In this document: one piece after another, positions 1 to 8,913 of the stretch
Layout: every line of letters starts with the position of its first letter
Numbering within the stretch: position 1 is the first letter of the stretch
NCBI GenBank assembly: GCA_017467625.1
Contig: JAFUSN010000001.1
Span: 21,844 to 85,843 of the forward strand
Direction of reading: 5' to 3'
Length of the DNA: 64,000 nt
From: Clostridia bacterium
GTDB taxonomy: Bacteria > Bacillota > Clostridia > Christensenellales > UBA1242
The notes under the pieces: model-generated
What the model saw: only the letters and a program-made list of their open reading frames with translations
Told to the model about the DNA's origin: nothing
Databases searched by the model: none
Position numbers and translations under genes: made by a program

Positions 1-218
1 GATAGCCCAGCCACAACAAAACAGAAAAACAAATAAACAAGTCTTGCCTTTGATTTAATGATCCCCAAAATCAATAAAACAGCAGAAACTATAAACAAAG
101 ATGAAAAAGAAATAATTAAAAATATTTTGCTCCAAGAAAATGATATTGCCACTGCGCATGCTGCAATAGCAATCAAAAAGGTGATAACAAAAAATCTAAA
201 ATTAAAAATCTTATTCAT
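1..218 (-). CDS. Partial hydrophobic membrane protein (N-terminal part; runs off the left edge)
   Basis: Minus-strand ATG at 218-216 opens MNKIFNFRFFVITFLIAIAACAVAISFSW..., hydrophobic and open to position 1. The plus-strand ORF 58-276 is its antisense shadow. Confidence 0.35.
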   Translation of the reverse strand, partial: MNKIFNFRFFVITFLIAIAACAVAISFSWSKIFLIISFSSLFIVSAVLLILGIIKSKARLVYLFFCFVVAGL

Positions 219-401
219 TTGTAATTTGTTTAAATTGTATTTTAACTTGTTAAATTTTATTATTTATACATTTTAAATTGTTTTTTTATCTAAAATGAAA
301 ACTAATTAAACAACATTTGTTAGCTTATAAAATAAGTATAAAAAATAAAACTAAAATTTTCAACTCCTTTTTAACTAAAATAAAAAAACAATAAAAAAAT
401 A

Positions 402-430
402 TTGCAAATCAAATGAATTTGTGTTACAAT
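402..430 (+). promoter_or_regulatory. Sigma-70-type promoter for tRNA-Glu
   Basis: TTGCAA (402-407), 17-nt spacer, TACAAT (425-430), preceded by TGT (extended -10 like); about 20 nt upstream of the tRNA. Confidence 0.5.
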
Positions 431-450
431 GCTCATGTTAAATTCCATAT

Positions 451-525
451 GGCATCATAGTCTAAAGGTCAGGACGCACGCCTCTCACGCGTGAGATCAG
501 GGTTCGATTCCCTGTGGTGCTACCA
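451..525 (+). tRNA. tRNA-Glu (anticodon CUC), CCA encoded
   Basis: Manual cloverleaf: acceptor GGCATCA/TGGTGCT, D-arm GTCT-AAAGGTCA-GGAC, anticodon stem CACGC/GCGTG with loop CTCTCAC, T-arm CAGGG-TTCGATT-CCCTG, discriminator A plus CCA. Confidence 0.9.
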
Positions 526-530
526 ATAAA

Positions 531-557
531 AAAGACACTCTTATTTGAGTGTCTTTT
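531..557. terminator. Bidirectional rho-independent terminator (tRNA-Glu / ORF 556-963)
   Basis: AAAGACACTC-TTATTT-GAGTGTCTTT hairpin flanked by an A-run and a T-run. Confidence 0.7.
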
Positions 558-963
558 AATTTTCATCATCAACATCAAGATAAATTTTGTGCTTTTGAGT
601 TTTGTCTTGTTCCTTTTTAATAAACTCATCGCGTGAAATGTTATTAATTTTTCTTTTTTCTTTCCCAAGTCCAACTTGTTCTTCATGAAATTGCTCACGC
701 TTACTAATTTCATTTTCAACATCTTCCATAATAACAGAAATTGCAGCAGAGTGTTTTGAATATTTTTTAGTTACCTTTTTCAATTTTTTCTCACCCCAAA
801 AAGAATATGGGTCAAGACCTTCGTCATACAAAGTTTTAACTTCCTTTGCCCACTCATCAACAATTTCGTTATTTTCCTTTTCTAAATCATTCAAAAGTTG
901 TTCAAGATTTTCATCAGTAAATTCAGAAAAATTTGTTATGTCCATATATTCTTCATAAATCAT
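556..963 (-). CDS. Hypothetical acidic protein, 135 aa
   Basis: Intact ORF, 1-nt gap to the upstream ORF 965-1669 (coupled); no family recognised. Confidence 0.55.
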   Translation of the reverse strand: MIYEEYMDITNFSEFTDENLEQLLNDLEKENNEIVDEWAKEVKTLYDEGLDPYSFWGEKKLKKVTKKYSKHSAAISVIMEDVENEISKREQFHEEQVGLGKEKRKINNISRDEFIKKEQDKTQKHKIYLDVDDEN

Positions 964-964
964 A

Positions 965-1669
965 TTAACCTCTAATCAAACTGTTTGAAAGTTCTTCAAT
1001 TTTAACAAGTTTATTTGCAAATCTTTTATCTTTCCCAAGCTCAGCTTTCAGCGTTAGCAAAAATGCATAAAAATAATTTTGCTGTCTCTCACTAACAGCA
1101 TAAATATAAGTTGAAATAACTGCGATAATATTTTCTTTTTCCATTGAACATTTTTTAAGTTTTGAACAAGTTTTAACTTCTTTAAGCAAATCAAGCAAAA
1201 GTGCTTCAAGTGTTTTAAATTTGGTTTCATCAGCTGTTTCAATTGGCGCAGTAATATCCTTTTCGTGACTATAACCCAAAAATTCTAGCATCAATCTTTT
1301 AAATTCTAAAATAACTTCCAAACAGAAATTTTCATATGGAGACTGTTTTGGATTTGCTGAAAAATATTTATCTAAAATGTAAGTAATTTCCAAGTTACCA
1401 TCATCAATATTATTTAAAAGACAAAAAATAAATGACACTCGTTTTGAGGCCGTGTTTGGAAGTTTTAAACTCGTTCCTTGTGTTGCCCTATTCCATTCTT
1501 CAACAAAATCAAAGTTAATCATACATTCCGCAATAACATTATAAACACTTTTTGATTTTGCAATTGAAAGAAGAATATCTGAAATTTTTCTGTCAACCAT
1601 AATATACTTTGATGCAAGCATATCGTCAACACTTCTAATAAATTCGTTAATTTCATTTTCTTTTGTCAT
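965..1669 (-). CDS. Hypothetical protein (about 234 aa from Met16)
   Basis: AGGTGA ribosome-binding site before ATG at 1669 (MTKENEINEF...). The ORF is open from 1714; no family recognised. Confidence 0.55.
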   Translation of the reverse strand: MTKENEINEFIRSVDDMLASKYIMVDRKISDILLSIAKSKSVYNVIAECMINFDFVEEWNRATQGTSLKLPNTASKRVSFIFCLLNNIDDGNLEITYILDKYFSANPKQSPYENFCLEVILEFKRLMLEFLGYSHEKDITAPIETADETKFKTLEALLLDLLKEVKTCSKLKKCSMEKENIIAVISTYIYAVSERQQNYFYAFLLTLKAELGKDKRFANKLVKIEELSNSLIRG

Positions 1670-1821
1670 ACTCTCACCTAAACTTATAATACCACACTTT
1701 ATTTTGTTTAACAAACAAAATAAATTATTATCATTTTGATTTTTTTTAAAAAAATTTAGTTCAAATATTTTCTTTTTGTTAAAATTATGTTATTATTAGA
1801 CAAGAGGTTGATAATGAGTTT

Positions 1822-2340
1822 ATGGAAACAACAACTTTAAAGCTAATTTTACTTTATGCACTCGACCAAATGGAGATTCCCGTAACAAAGGATACTCTTA
1901 ATGATATGTGCTGCAGTCAAAACAATTGGCTAACATATATGACACTTGCAGAAATTTTACCAGAACTTGTTTCAGCAAGGTTCATTGCAATGTACACAAG
2001 TGGCGGAACCGAATATTATAAAATCACCCAAGAGGGCCGCGATTGCTTAAATTATTTTTTCATAAAAATTCCAACATCAATAAGAAATGACATTGGAAAT
2101 TTTATTAAGAAAAACAGACAGTCATATAAGCGCAAACAAGAATATTTTAAAGACTATCACAAAAATAAAGATGGTTCGTATACTGTAAATTTAAGAATAA
2201 CTGATCCAACCTGCTCAAAACTTGAAATTAAACTCAATGTTGCAAACCGCGGCGAAGCAATAACCGCTTTTAACAAATGGAACGAAAGTGCTGGTGAAGT
2301 TTATTCTGCAATTTACAAAATTTTAATTGACGGAGAATAA
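1822..2340 (+). CDS. DUF4364-like protein (predicted winged-helix)
   Basis: About 170 aa; N-terminus LKLILLYALDQMEIPVTKDTLNDM... resembles DUF4364 proteins of Clostridia (from memory). Confidence 0.5.
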   Translation: METTTLKLILLYALDQMEIPVTKDTLNDMCCSQNNWLTYMTLAEILPELVSARFIAMYTSGGTEYYKITQEGRDCLNYFFIKIPTSIRNDIGNFIKKNRQSYKRKQEYFKDYHKNKDGSYTVNLRITDPTCSKLEIKLNVANRGEAITAFNKWNESAGEVYSAIYKILIDGE

Positions 2341-2341
2341 A

Positions 2342-2590
2342 ATGGAAAACTTTAAAACTAGTGGCGTGTGTTCAAGAAACATTCAATTTGAAGTTGAAAA
2401 TAATATCGTTAAAAATGTGTTTTTTGATGGCGGTTGTCCAGGAAACACAATTGGCGTAGCAAAACTTGTTCAAGGCAAAACCGTTGATGAAGTTATTTCC
2501 ACTTTAAAGGGAATTGATTGCAGGAATCGTGGAACATCTTGTCCAGATCAACTTGCAAAGGCGCTTGAACAATATAAAAATGCAAAATAA
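2342..2590 (+). CDS. TIGR03905-type 4-Cys TSCPD domain protein
   Basis: GVCSRNIQFEV...FDGGCPGNTIGVAKLV...CRNRGTSCPDQLAKAL pattern; ATG 1 nt after the upstream stop. Confidence 0.8.
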   Translation: MENFKTSGVCSRNIQFEVENNIVKNVFFDGGCPGNTIGVAKLVQGKTVDEVISTLKGIDCRNRGTSCPDQLAKALEQYKNAK

Positions 2591-2620
2591 AAAGATGTGA
2601 AAGTTCACATCTTTTTATTT
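2591..2620. terminator. Bidirectional terminator
   Basis: AAAGATGTGA-AAGT-TCACATCTTT hairpin plus T-run, between convergent genes. Confidence 0.7.
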
Positions 2621-4062
2621 TATTCAGGTTTTTTCATTCCAAAGAATGTTGCTTCTTTTGTTGAATCTTCTGAAATTGTTATATCAGCAGTATAAACATA
2701 AACATTACCAGTTTCTTTTGCTGATGAATCAAGCTCTTTAACAAGGAAGTATAAGTTATTACCAACAACTTCTGGAACAATGAGTCCAGTTGGTTCATTA
2801 ACTGTTGATGTTGAAAGTTTAACTGGTTGTGAATGTGTTGAAACTGTTGTTGCTCCATCATGAGTTCTTTCAATTTCAAGTTTGTAAGCAACACTGTCAG
2901 CGATATAAATTAAATATTTAACCGAATCAACAACATTGTTTTCTTCATCAACTGTTTCACTTAAAGTTGTAAGGGTAATTAAATTAAATTTTTCATATGT
3001 TCCAATTTTGTTAATTGGGTTTTCTTCAAGTTCTGTTCCATTAATCCATTTCCAAAGTGAAACAAACCCTGTTGATTTGTCATAACTCAAAATAATAATG
3101 TTTCCATCGCTTGCTTCAAGAAATGCAACATTTTCATATGAAATATAAGAAATTGTGTTTTCAATATTTGTTTTTAATGTTTCCCCGCTTGCACCAGTCA
3201 TTGCAGTGGCATAAATTTTGTCACTTGCTGAATAAATAAGTTTTCCATTTCTAATTGAAAGAAGTGAAATGGTTAAACCATTATCAGCAATTTTCTCTGG
3301 CTTATTTTCAATAATTCCAGTTCTGTAAACCACATTACCATTTTGATTTGCATCATAAGTTTGGTGAGAAAGTGTATAGTAAACATATGAGTCTGCATTT
3401 TTAACTGCGGCATCTTGAACAGTTTTTTCACTTAAAAGACTTGTTTGAACATCAGTTAAAACATAGTTTGTTGAAACATTTGAATCAAGTTTCAAACTTG
3501 TAATAGTTTGAGCTGTTTTTTCATAAACAACCAAGTAAAGATGTTCACCAATTACATAATATTGATAACTTATGCTTTCGCTCTCTGAATTTTGTGAAGT
3601 TGTGAAAAGCGTATCTTTTCTTTTGTTAACCAAATCATATCTCATAAATTTGGTCTTATAATACAAAACTTTTCCAAGATAGTTAATTTCAGTTCCTGGA
3701 GTTGTAAAATACATGTAATCACCAAAAAAGTAAAGTGAACCATTATCAAATCCAACTAAATCATCAACAACAATTTCATAAGTTTCTTCATTTGGTTTTC
3801 CATCTTCAAGTTTAACTCTTGCAATTGCGCCAACTGTGTTTCCTGTTGAATTTGTTCCATCGTTAGAAACTGTTCCGTTAATAAAATACAAATATCCATC
3901 ATAAATGGTTGTAATTCCACCATTGGTTGTAACTCCATTGCTTGTTTCAACCTTTGATGTATCAACAGTAACTGCTGAAACACTTTTTCCACATGCAACA
4001 AGTGAAACTGCACAAATCATAACGAGTGCAAATGAAATAATTCCCTTAATTAATTTTTTCAT
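2620..4062 (-). CDS. Lipoprotein, beta-propeller-like (DUF5050-like repeats)
   Basis: AGGAG RBS before MKKLIKGIISFALVMICAVSLVAC-G (lipobox LVAC). Recurrent YLYF/LYFF/IYA strands typical of DUF5050-type propellers. Confidence 0.7.
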   Translation of the reverse strand: MKKLIKGIISFALVMICAVSLVACGKSVSAVTVDTSKVETSNGVTTNGGITTIYDGYLYFINGTVSNDGTNSTGNTVGAIARVKLEDGKPNEETYEIVVDDLVGFDNGSLYFFGDYMYFTTPGTEINYLGKVLYYKTKFMRYDLVNKRKDTLFTTSQNSESESISYQYYVIGEHLYLVVYEKTAQTITSLKLDSNVSTNYVLTDVQTSLLSEKTVQDAAVKNADSYVYYTLSHQTYDANQNGNVVYRTGIIENKPEKIADNGLTISLLSIRNGKLIYSASDKIYATAMTGASGETLKTNIENTISYISYENVAFLEASDGNIIILSYDKSTGFVSLWKWINGTELEENPINKIGTYEKFNLITLTTLSETVDEENNVVDSVKYLIYIADSVAYKLEIERTHDGATTVSTHSQPVKLSTSTVNEPTGLIVPEVVGNNLYFLVKELDSSAKETGNVYVYTADITISEDSTKEATFFGMKKPE

Positions 4063-4159
4063 AAATTCTCCTAGCAAATGATTATCATAAAATAATTATA
4101 AATTTTGAATGGTTTTTGTCAAGATGTTTTAAGCCTCGCGGCGCTGAATTCATCAATAA

Positions 4160-4957
4160 TTAAACATTTTTGTCATAAAGTTTGTTATATAATTTTTCAA
4201 AATCTAAAATTGAAAGTTCTTCTGCTCTTGTGTTCGCATTGAAACCAATTTCACATAATTTAGTTTCAATTTCACTTTTTGAATGTTTTTCACTTTCAAG
4301 GTTTGTTGAAAGTTTTTTTCTTCTCATTGAAAACGCTTTTTTTACAAATGAAATTAATTCGTTTGGATTTTTATAAAAATCCCCATCAAATTTATCAAGT
4401 TTAATTACTGCCGAATCAACATTTGGAACTGGATAAAACATTTTTCGGTTAACTCTAATTAGTTTTTGTGTTTTTGCAAACATTTGGCAAATTACTGTAA
4501 GAACCCCATAATCCTTTGTTCTTGGCCTGGAAATAATTCTATCAGCAACTTCTTCTTGAACCATAACACTCATACTTGTTAAATTTTTATTTTGCAAAAA
4601 TCTTGTAATTATTGGAGAAGTGATGTAGTATGGCAAATTTGCAACAAGCTTAAATTTTTCACCAATAAGCGCATCAAGTTCATCATCTTCAACTTTCATA
4701 ATATCTTTGAAAATAAGTTCAACATTAGTTCCATTAAAACGCTCTTTTAAAAAATCAATTAATTCTCTGTCAATTTCAAAAGCAATAACGCGTCTTGCAT
4801 GTCGTGACAAAACCTCGGTTAAAGCTCCTTTCCCAACACCAATTTCAACAACTGTGTCATCACTTTCAACACCGGCCTTTTCAACAATTTCTTCAAGCAA
4901 ATTTTTATCTGTTAAAAAGTTTTGACCAAATTTCTTTTTAAATTCAAAATTCCCCAT
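4160..4957 (-). CDS. rsmA: 16S rRNA (adenine1518/1519-N6)-dimethyltransferase
   Basis: KKKFGQNFLTD..., VVEIGVGKGALT SAM motif, NLPYYITSPI motif. Confidence 0.95.
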   Translation of the reverse strand: MGNFEFKKKFGQNFLTDKNLLEEIVEKAGVESDDTVVEIGVGKGALTEVLSRHARRVIAFEIDRELIDFLKERFNGTNVELIFKDIMKVEDDELDALIGEKFKLVANLPYYITSPIITRFLQNKNLTSMSVMVQEEVADRIISRPRTKDYGVLTVICQMFAKTQKLIRVNRKMFYPVPNVDSAVIKLDKFDGDFYKNPNELISFVKKAFSMRRKKLSTNLESEKHSKSEIETKLCEIGFNANTRAEELSILDFEKLYNKLYDKNV

Positions 4958-4959
4958 TA

Positions 4960-5712
4960 CTAATCCTTAATTCCATAAAATTTTTTTGCGTTTTTTGTTG
5001 TAATTTTTTCAAGCTCTTCATAACTTATTCCAATTTCTTTTGAAATAAAATCTAAAACATACCTTACATTTGCAGGTTCATTTGGCTTTCCACGAACAAC
5101 TTGAGGCGAAAGATATGGTGAATCAGTTTCAACCAAAATTCTATCTAGTGGAAGACTTTTCAAAAAAGCTTTGTCACTTTTTTTATATGTAATGTTTCCA
5201 GATAAACTAATAAACATTCCCAAATCTAAAAACTTTTGAAACCATTCACTTCCCTCACTGTAACAGTGCATGAGACCAGAATGATTAATTAAATTTTTAT
5301 GTTCAAATAAAATATCATAAAGCTCATCAACTGCGGCCCTGCAATGAATGCAAAATGGAAGATTAAGTTTGTTGGCAATTTCAAGTTGTTTAACAAAAAT
5401 TTCCTTCTGTTTTTTCTTGTCAAACTTTTCACCGTGATAATCTAAACCAATTTCACCAATTGCCACAACCTTTTCATCTTTTGCAAGCTCTTCAATTTTT
5501 TGTAAGTCCTCATCAGTAACGCCATCTGAATATTCCGGATAAATCCCAACAACTTGATAAATGTTTTTATATTTTTTTGCAAGAGCAAGCCCTCTTGTTG
5601 AATCGTCAATAGTCGTTCCAATGTTAACAATTGCTTCAAGATTATTATTTGCCATTGTTGAAATAACTTTTTCAGTATCAACACTAAGGAGATGAGCATG
5701 TGTATCAATCAT
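4960..5712 (-). CDS. tatD: TatD-family metal-dependent hydrolase (YabD-like)
   Basis: MIDTHAHL start motif with GAGGT RBS (ORF open from 5730); EIGLDYH and VETDSPYL motifs. Confidence 0.9.
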   Translation of the reverse strand: MIDTHAHLLSVDTEKVISTMANNNLEAIVNIGTTIDDSTRGLALAKKYKNIYQVVGIYPEYSDGVTDEDLQKIEELAKDEKVVAIGEIGLDYHGEKFDKKKQKEIFVKQLEIANKLNLPFCIHCRAAVDELYDILFEHKNLINHSGLMHCYSEGSEWFQKFLDLGMFISLSGNITYKKSDKAFLKSLPLDRILVETDSPYLSPQVVRGKPNEPANVRYVLDFISKEIGISYEELEKITTKNAKKFYGIKD

Positions 5713-5753
5713 ATAAACCTCATATTTCATTAAATTTAATCATAATCTTTACT

Positions 5754-6347
5754 ATGAATAAAATTTGGACATTTTTATTTTTAATTAGCATTGTTTGCCT
5801 TTGTTTTTTTGATCCATCAAGTGTTTTGTCTGGTTTAATTTCAGCATCAAACAGCGCCGTTAAACTTTCTTTTGAACTTTTAGCAATCTATGCAATTTGG
5901 ATTGGCCTTTTTTCAATTTTAAACGAGTGTGGCCTTTCACAAAAACTTTCTAAACTTCTATCACCAATTATAAACAAAATCTTTGGCAAAAACAACCTTT
6001 CAGATGAAAGTCGTAAATTCATTTCAATGAACATTTCAGCAAATATGCTTGGAATGAGTTCTGCCGCCACACCCCTTGGAATCAAAGCAATTGAATCAAT
6101 GCAAAAAGACAACCCAAACAAAAAAACTGCGTCCTTTCCAATGATCATGTTAGTTGCCATTAGTTGTTCAAGCGTGCAACTGCTTCCCACTTCAATAATT
6201 GGAATGCTTGAAAGCGCAGGAAGTGCCAACCCCACTGGAATCATTTTACCATCAATTTTATGTTCAATTTGCTCAACATTTATAACAATTCTCTTGGTTT
6301 ATGTTTTTCGCTTGATCTTTGACAAAAGGAGAACAAAACATAAATGA
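5754..6347 (+). CDS. spmA: Spore maturation protein A / nucleoside-recognition-domain membrane protein
   Basis: MNKIWTFLFLISI... with multiple TM segments; paired with spmB by an ATGA overlap. Confidence 0.8.
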   Translation: MNKIWTFLFLISIVCLCFFDPSSVLSGLISASNSAVKLSFELLAIYAIWIGLFSILNECGLSQKLSKLLSPIINKIFGKNNLSDESRKFISMNISANMLGMSSAATPLGIKAIESMQKDNPNKKTASFPMIMLVAISCSSVQLLPTSIIGMLESAGSANPTGIILPSILCSICSTFITILLVYVFRLIFDKRRTKHK

Positions 6348-6862
6348 ATTTTGCAGTATTTATAATTCCAATTTTTATTATCGTAGTGTTAATTTACGCA
6401 TCAATTAAACGCGTAAATTCATATGAATGCTTCGTTTCAGGTGCAAAACAATCAGTTGATCTTATAATCAACACTTTTCCATATTTAGTGGCAATTTTTG
6501 CCGTGGTTGAGCTTCTTTCAATAAGTGGAATTTCTGCTTGGCTTTCATCATTCATTTCTCCAGTGTTCACATTTTTAGGGATTCCAGCAGAACTTGTTGA
6601 ATTTCTAATTCTTCGCCCATTCACTGGTTCTGGTTCAATTGCCATGCTTTCATCAATTTTTGCAAAGTATGGCGCAGATAGTTTAATTGCAAAGTGTGCA
6701 TGCGTCATCATGAGTTGCACAGAAACAACTTTTTATGTTGTTGCTGTTTACTTTTCAACAACTAGAATAAAAAAACTGAGATACACAATCCCAGTTTGCC
6801 TTTTAAGTGCTTTTATTGGTGCAATAATTGCCTGCCTTTTTTGCAGAATTTTCTTTTTATGA
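6344..6862 (+). CDS. spmB: Spore maturation protein B
   Basis: Hydrophobic 172 aa with a RPFTGSGSIAM-type motif; coupled to spmA. Confidence 0.8.
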   Translation: MNFAVFIIPIFIIVVLIYASIKRVNSYECFVSGAKQSVDLIINTFPYLVAIFAVVELLSISGISAWLSSFISPVFTFLGIPAELVEFLILRPFTGSGSIAMLSSIFAKYGADSLIAKCACVIMSCTETTFYVVAVYFSTTRIKKLRYTIPVCLLSAFIGAIIACLFCRIFFL

Positions 6863-7603
6863 CTTTCTGCAATAAATTTGCTTTAATTCTTCAGTTTCAG
6901 TTCCATCATCATTATTCAAAATTAGTGGAAAACCAAATTTCAATCCCTTCTTTGCACCTTTTTTAGCTTCAATTAAAACCAAATTTGGTTCTTTGTTTAC
7001 CTTTGGATAAACAAGGCGTAAAACCTTTGGTTCAAGGCGTTTTTGGCGAAGTGTTGAAATTATATCAACAAGCCTATCAGCTCTGTGAACCATGAATAAT
7101 TTTCCACCAAATTTAAGCAAGTTGAATGCCTCATCTGCAATTTCAAAAAGTTTTATCGTTTTTTCATGCATTGCAATTGAAATTTCATCATTTTCACTTG
7201 AAAGTCCACTTTCAATGTATGGTGGATTAACTGTAACAACATCTGCAACTTCTCGTCCAATAACTTCATGAGCATTTTTTAAATCCATATTAAGCACTTC
7301 AATATTTTTTAATTTGTTAAGTTTAACTGAACGAGAGCTCATTTCTGCAAGCCCTTCTTGAAGTTCAACAGCAAATTGTTTTTTCACATTATTTTTGCAA
7401 GCAAAAAGAATGGCAACAACTCCGCTACCACTGCAAAGGTCAACGCATAAATCCGTTGGCTTTGCTTTTGCAAAATTTGCAAGCAAAACTGAATCAGTGG
7501 AAAACTTGTAACCATTCTTATTTTGAATTATCTTTAAGCCTTTAAATTCAAGGTCGTCAAGACTTTCATTTTCTTTTAAAAAATTATTCACTTGCAGGTG
7601 CAC
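6857..7603 (-). CDS. tRNA (adenine-N6)-methyltransferase, YabB/TrmN6-like
   Basis: DLCSGSGVV SAM motif and VNPPYIE (NPPY) motif. The start is uncertain: GTG 7603 or GTG 7591. Confidence 0.8.
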   Translation of the reverse strand: MHLQVNNFLKENESLDDLEFKGLKIIQNKNGYKFSTDSVLLANFAKAKPTDLCVDLCSGSGVVAILFACKNNVKKQFAVELQEGLAEMSSRSVKLNKLKNIEVLNMDLKNAHEVIGREVADVVTVNPPYIESGLSSENDEISIAMHEKTIKLFEIADEAFNLLKFGGKLFMVHRADRLVDIISTLRQKRLEPKVLRLVYPKVNKEPNLVLIEAKKGAKKGLKFGFPLILNNDDGTETEELKQIYCRKS

Positions 7604-7760
7604 CTACAGGACAAACAGCTGCACATGTTCCGCATGAAATACATGTTTCTTCATTGATAACTGCCTTTCCATCATCATTCATTGTGATTGCACCAACTGG
7701 GCAAGCCCCCATGCATGCTCCACATCCAATACATTTATCTGCATCAATTTTATATGCCAT
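7584..7760 (-). CDS. 2x[4Fe-4S] ferredoxin, 58 aa (not in the ORF track)
   Basis: Hand translation: MAYKIDADKCIGCGACMGACPVGAITMNDDGKAVINEETCISCGTCAAVCPVGAPASE. Two CxxCxxCxxxCP motifs; AGGAG RBS 8 nt upstream. Confidence 0.8.
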   Translation of the reverse strand: MAYKIDADKCIGCGACMGACPVGAITMNDDGKAVINEETCISCGTCAAVCPVGAPASE

Positions 7761-7821
7761 AATAAATCTCCTTTATTAGTTTACTTTTTTATTATAATGC
7801 TATTTTAAAAAAAATTCAACA

Positions 7822-8913
7822 TTATTTTCTATGGTTTTTATTATGATTAAATCTAAATTTTTTATTGAAATGTTTTTTGTTTTCACCATCATTAGAACCA
7901 GTTTTGTTTTTATCTGGCAAACCAAGCGTCATCTCTTCGCCCGCATTTAAATTTTTTAAATCTTTATCTGTATTGATTTGGGCTGGCTTCATTTCAAATT
8001 TATCTGTTTTTTCATTGAGCTTTTCATTTACTTTTTTCTCAAAATCACGCTGTTTTTCTTGATTTTCCACTTCTTTTTGCTTCTTTATTGCGGAAAAATC
8101 AACTTTTTTATCGCCAAACTCAATTTCATCAAGTGCAAAATCTTCCACAACAAATGTATCGCCTTGAGAAAGCCTTTTAATTGAAACTCTTTCACGAAGA
8201 ATATCATTGTAAACAACTGTTCCTTCACCATTAACACTTTTTGCTGTGCTTCCAACCTTAGGCATTTTTTTCAAAACTTCTTCATACATATCAGACTCAT
8301 ATCCAAGACAGCACATAAGTCTTCCACAAATTCCATTGATTTTTGTTGGAGAAAGTGACAACCCCTGAACTTTTGCCATTTTAACAGTAACATGATTAAA
8401 ATCATCCAAAAATCTTGAGCAGCAACATGGTTGACCGCATGGCCCAACTCCACCACAAACCTTAACTTCATCTCTTTGTCCAATTTGCTTAAGTTCAATT
8501 CTAATTTTAAGCATTGATGCAAGTTCTTTTAAAAATTGTCTAAAATCAACCCTTTCTTCACTTGAAAATGTAATGACAATTTTAGAATCATCCAAACTAT
8601 ACTCTGCATCAACAAACTTCATCATAAGGCCAAGTTCAAGAGATTTTTTCTTCATCTCAGGAAGTTGTTTTCGGCTTTTTTGTTTAAGTTCATTAAATTT
8701 TTTTAAATCACTTTCAGTCGCCCTTCTTAAAATTTTAACAAAATCTTGAGTTCTGTTATCTTCAAGTTCAAGTCCAACTCGTGCAACTGTGCAAATGGTT
8801 TGAAACTCGTCAAACTGAACAACAACTTTTTCACCTTTTTGCAAGTTCAATGTATCAATAAAAAAATATAAATCTTTATCAGCATCTCGTTTTACAGCAA
8901 TGATCTTTTGCAT
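7822..8913 (-). CDS. ricT: PSP1-domain protein RicT/YaaT with a long Lys/Asn-rich C-terminal tail
   Basis: CGGVGPCGQPCCCSRFL and GRLMCCL Cys clusters typical of YaaT; about 90 extra C-terminal residues. Confidence 0.9.
   Translation of the reverse strand: MQKIIAVKRDADKDLYFFIDTLNLQKGEKVVVQFDEFQTICTVARVGLELEDNRTQDFVKILRRATESDLKKFNELKQKSRKQLPEMKKKSLELGLMMKFVDAEYSLDDSKIVITFSSEERVDFRQFLKELASMLKIRIELKQIGQRDEVKVCGGVGPCGQPCCCSRFLDDFNHVTVKMAKVQGLSLSPTKINGICGRLMCCLGYESDMYEEVLKKMPKVGSTAKSVNGEGTVVYNDILRERVSIKRLSQGDTFVVEDFALDEIEFGDKKVDFSAIKKQKEVENQEKQRDFEKKVNEKLNEKTDKFEMKPAQINTDKDLKNLNAGEEMTLGLPDKNKTGSNDGENKKHFNKKFRFNHNKNHRK

Noticed and set aside
58-276. 72-aa plus-strand ORF at the left edge
   Set aside because: It has no RBS. 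It is the antisense shadow of a hydrophobic minus-strand ORF that starts at 218 and runs off the window.
5712-5754. Only 41 bp separate the divergent tatD and spmA start codons
   Set aside because: It is compact, but both starts are uncertain because the ORFs are open further upstream. Such head-to-head packing is common, so I do not treat it as a finding.
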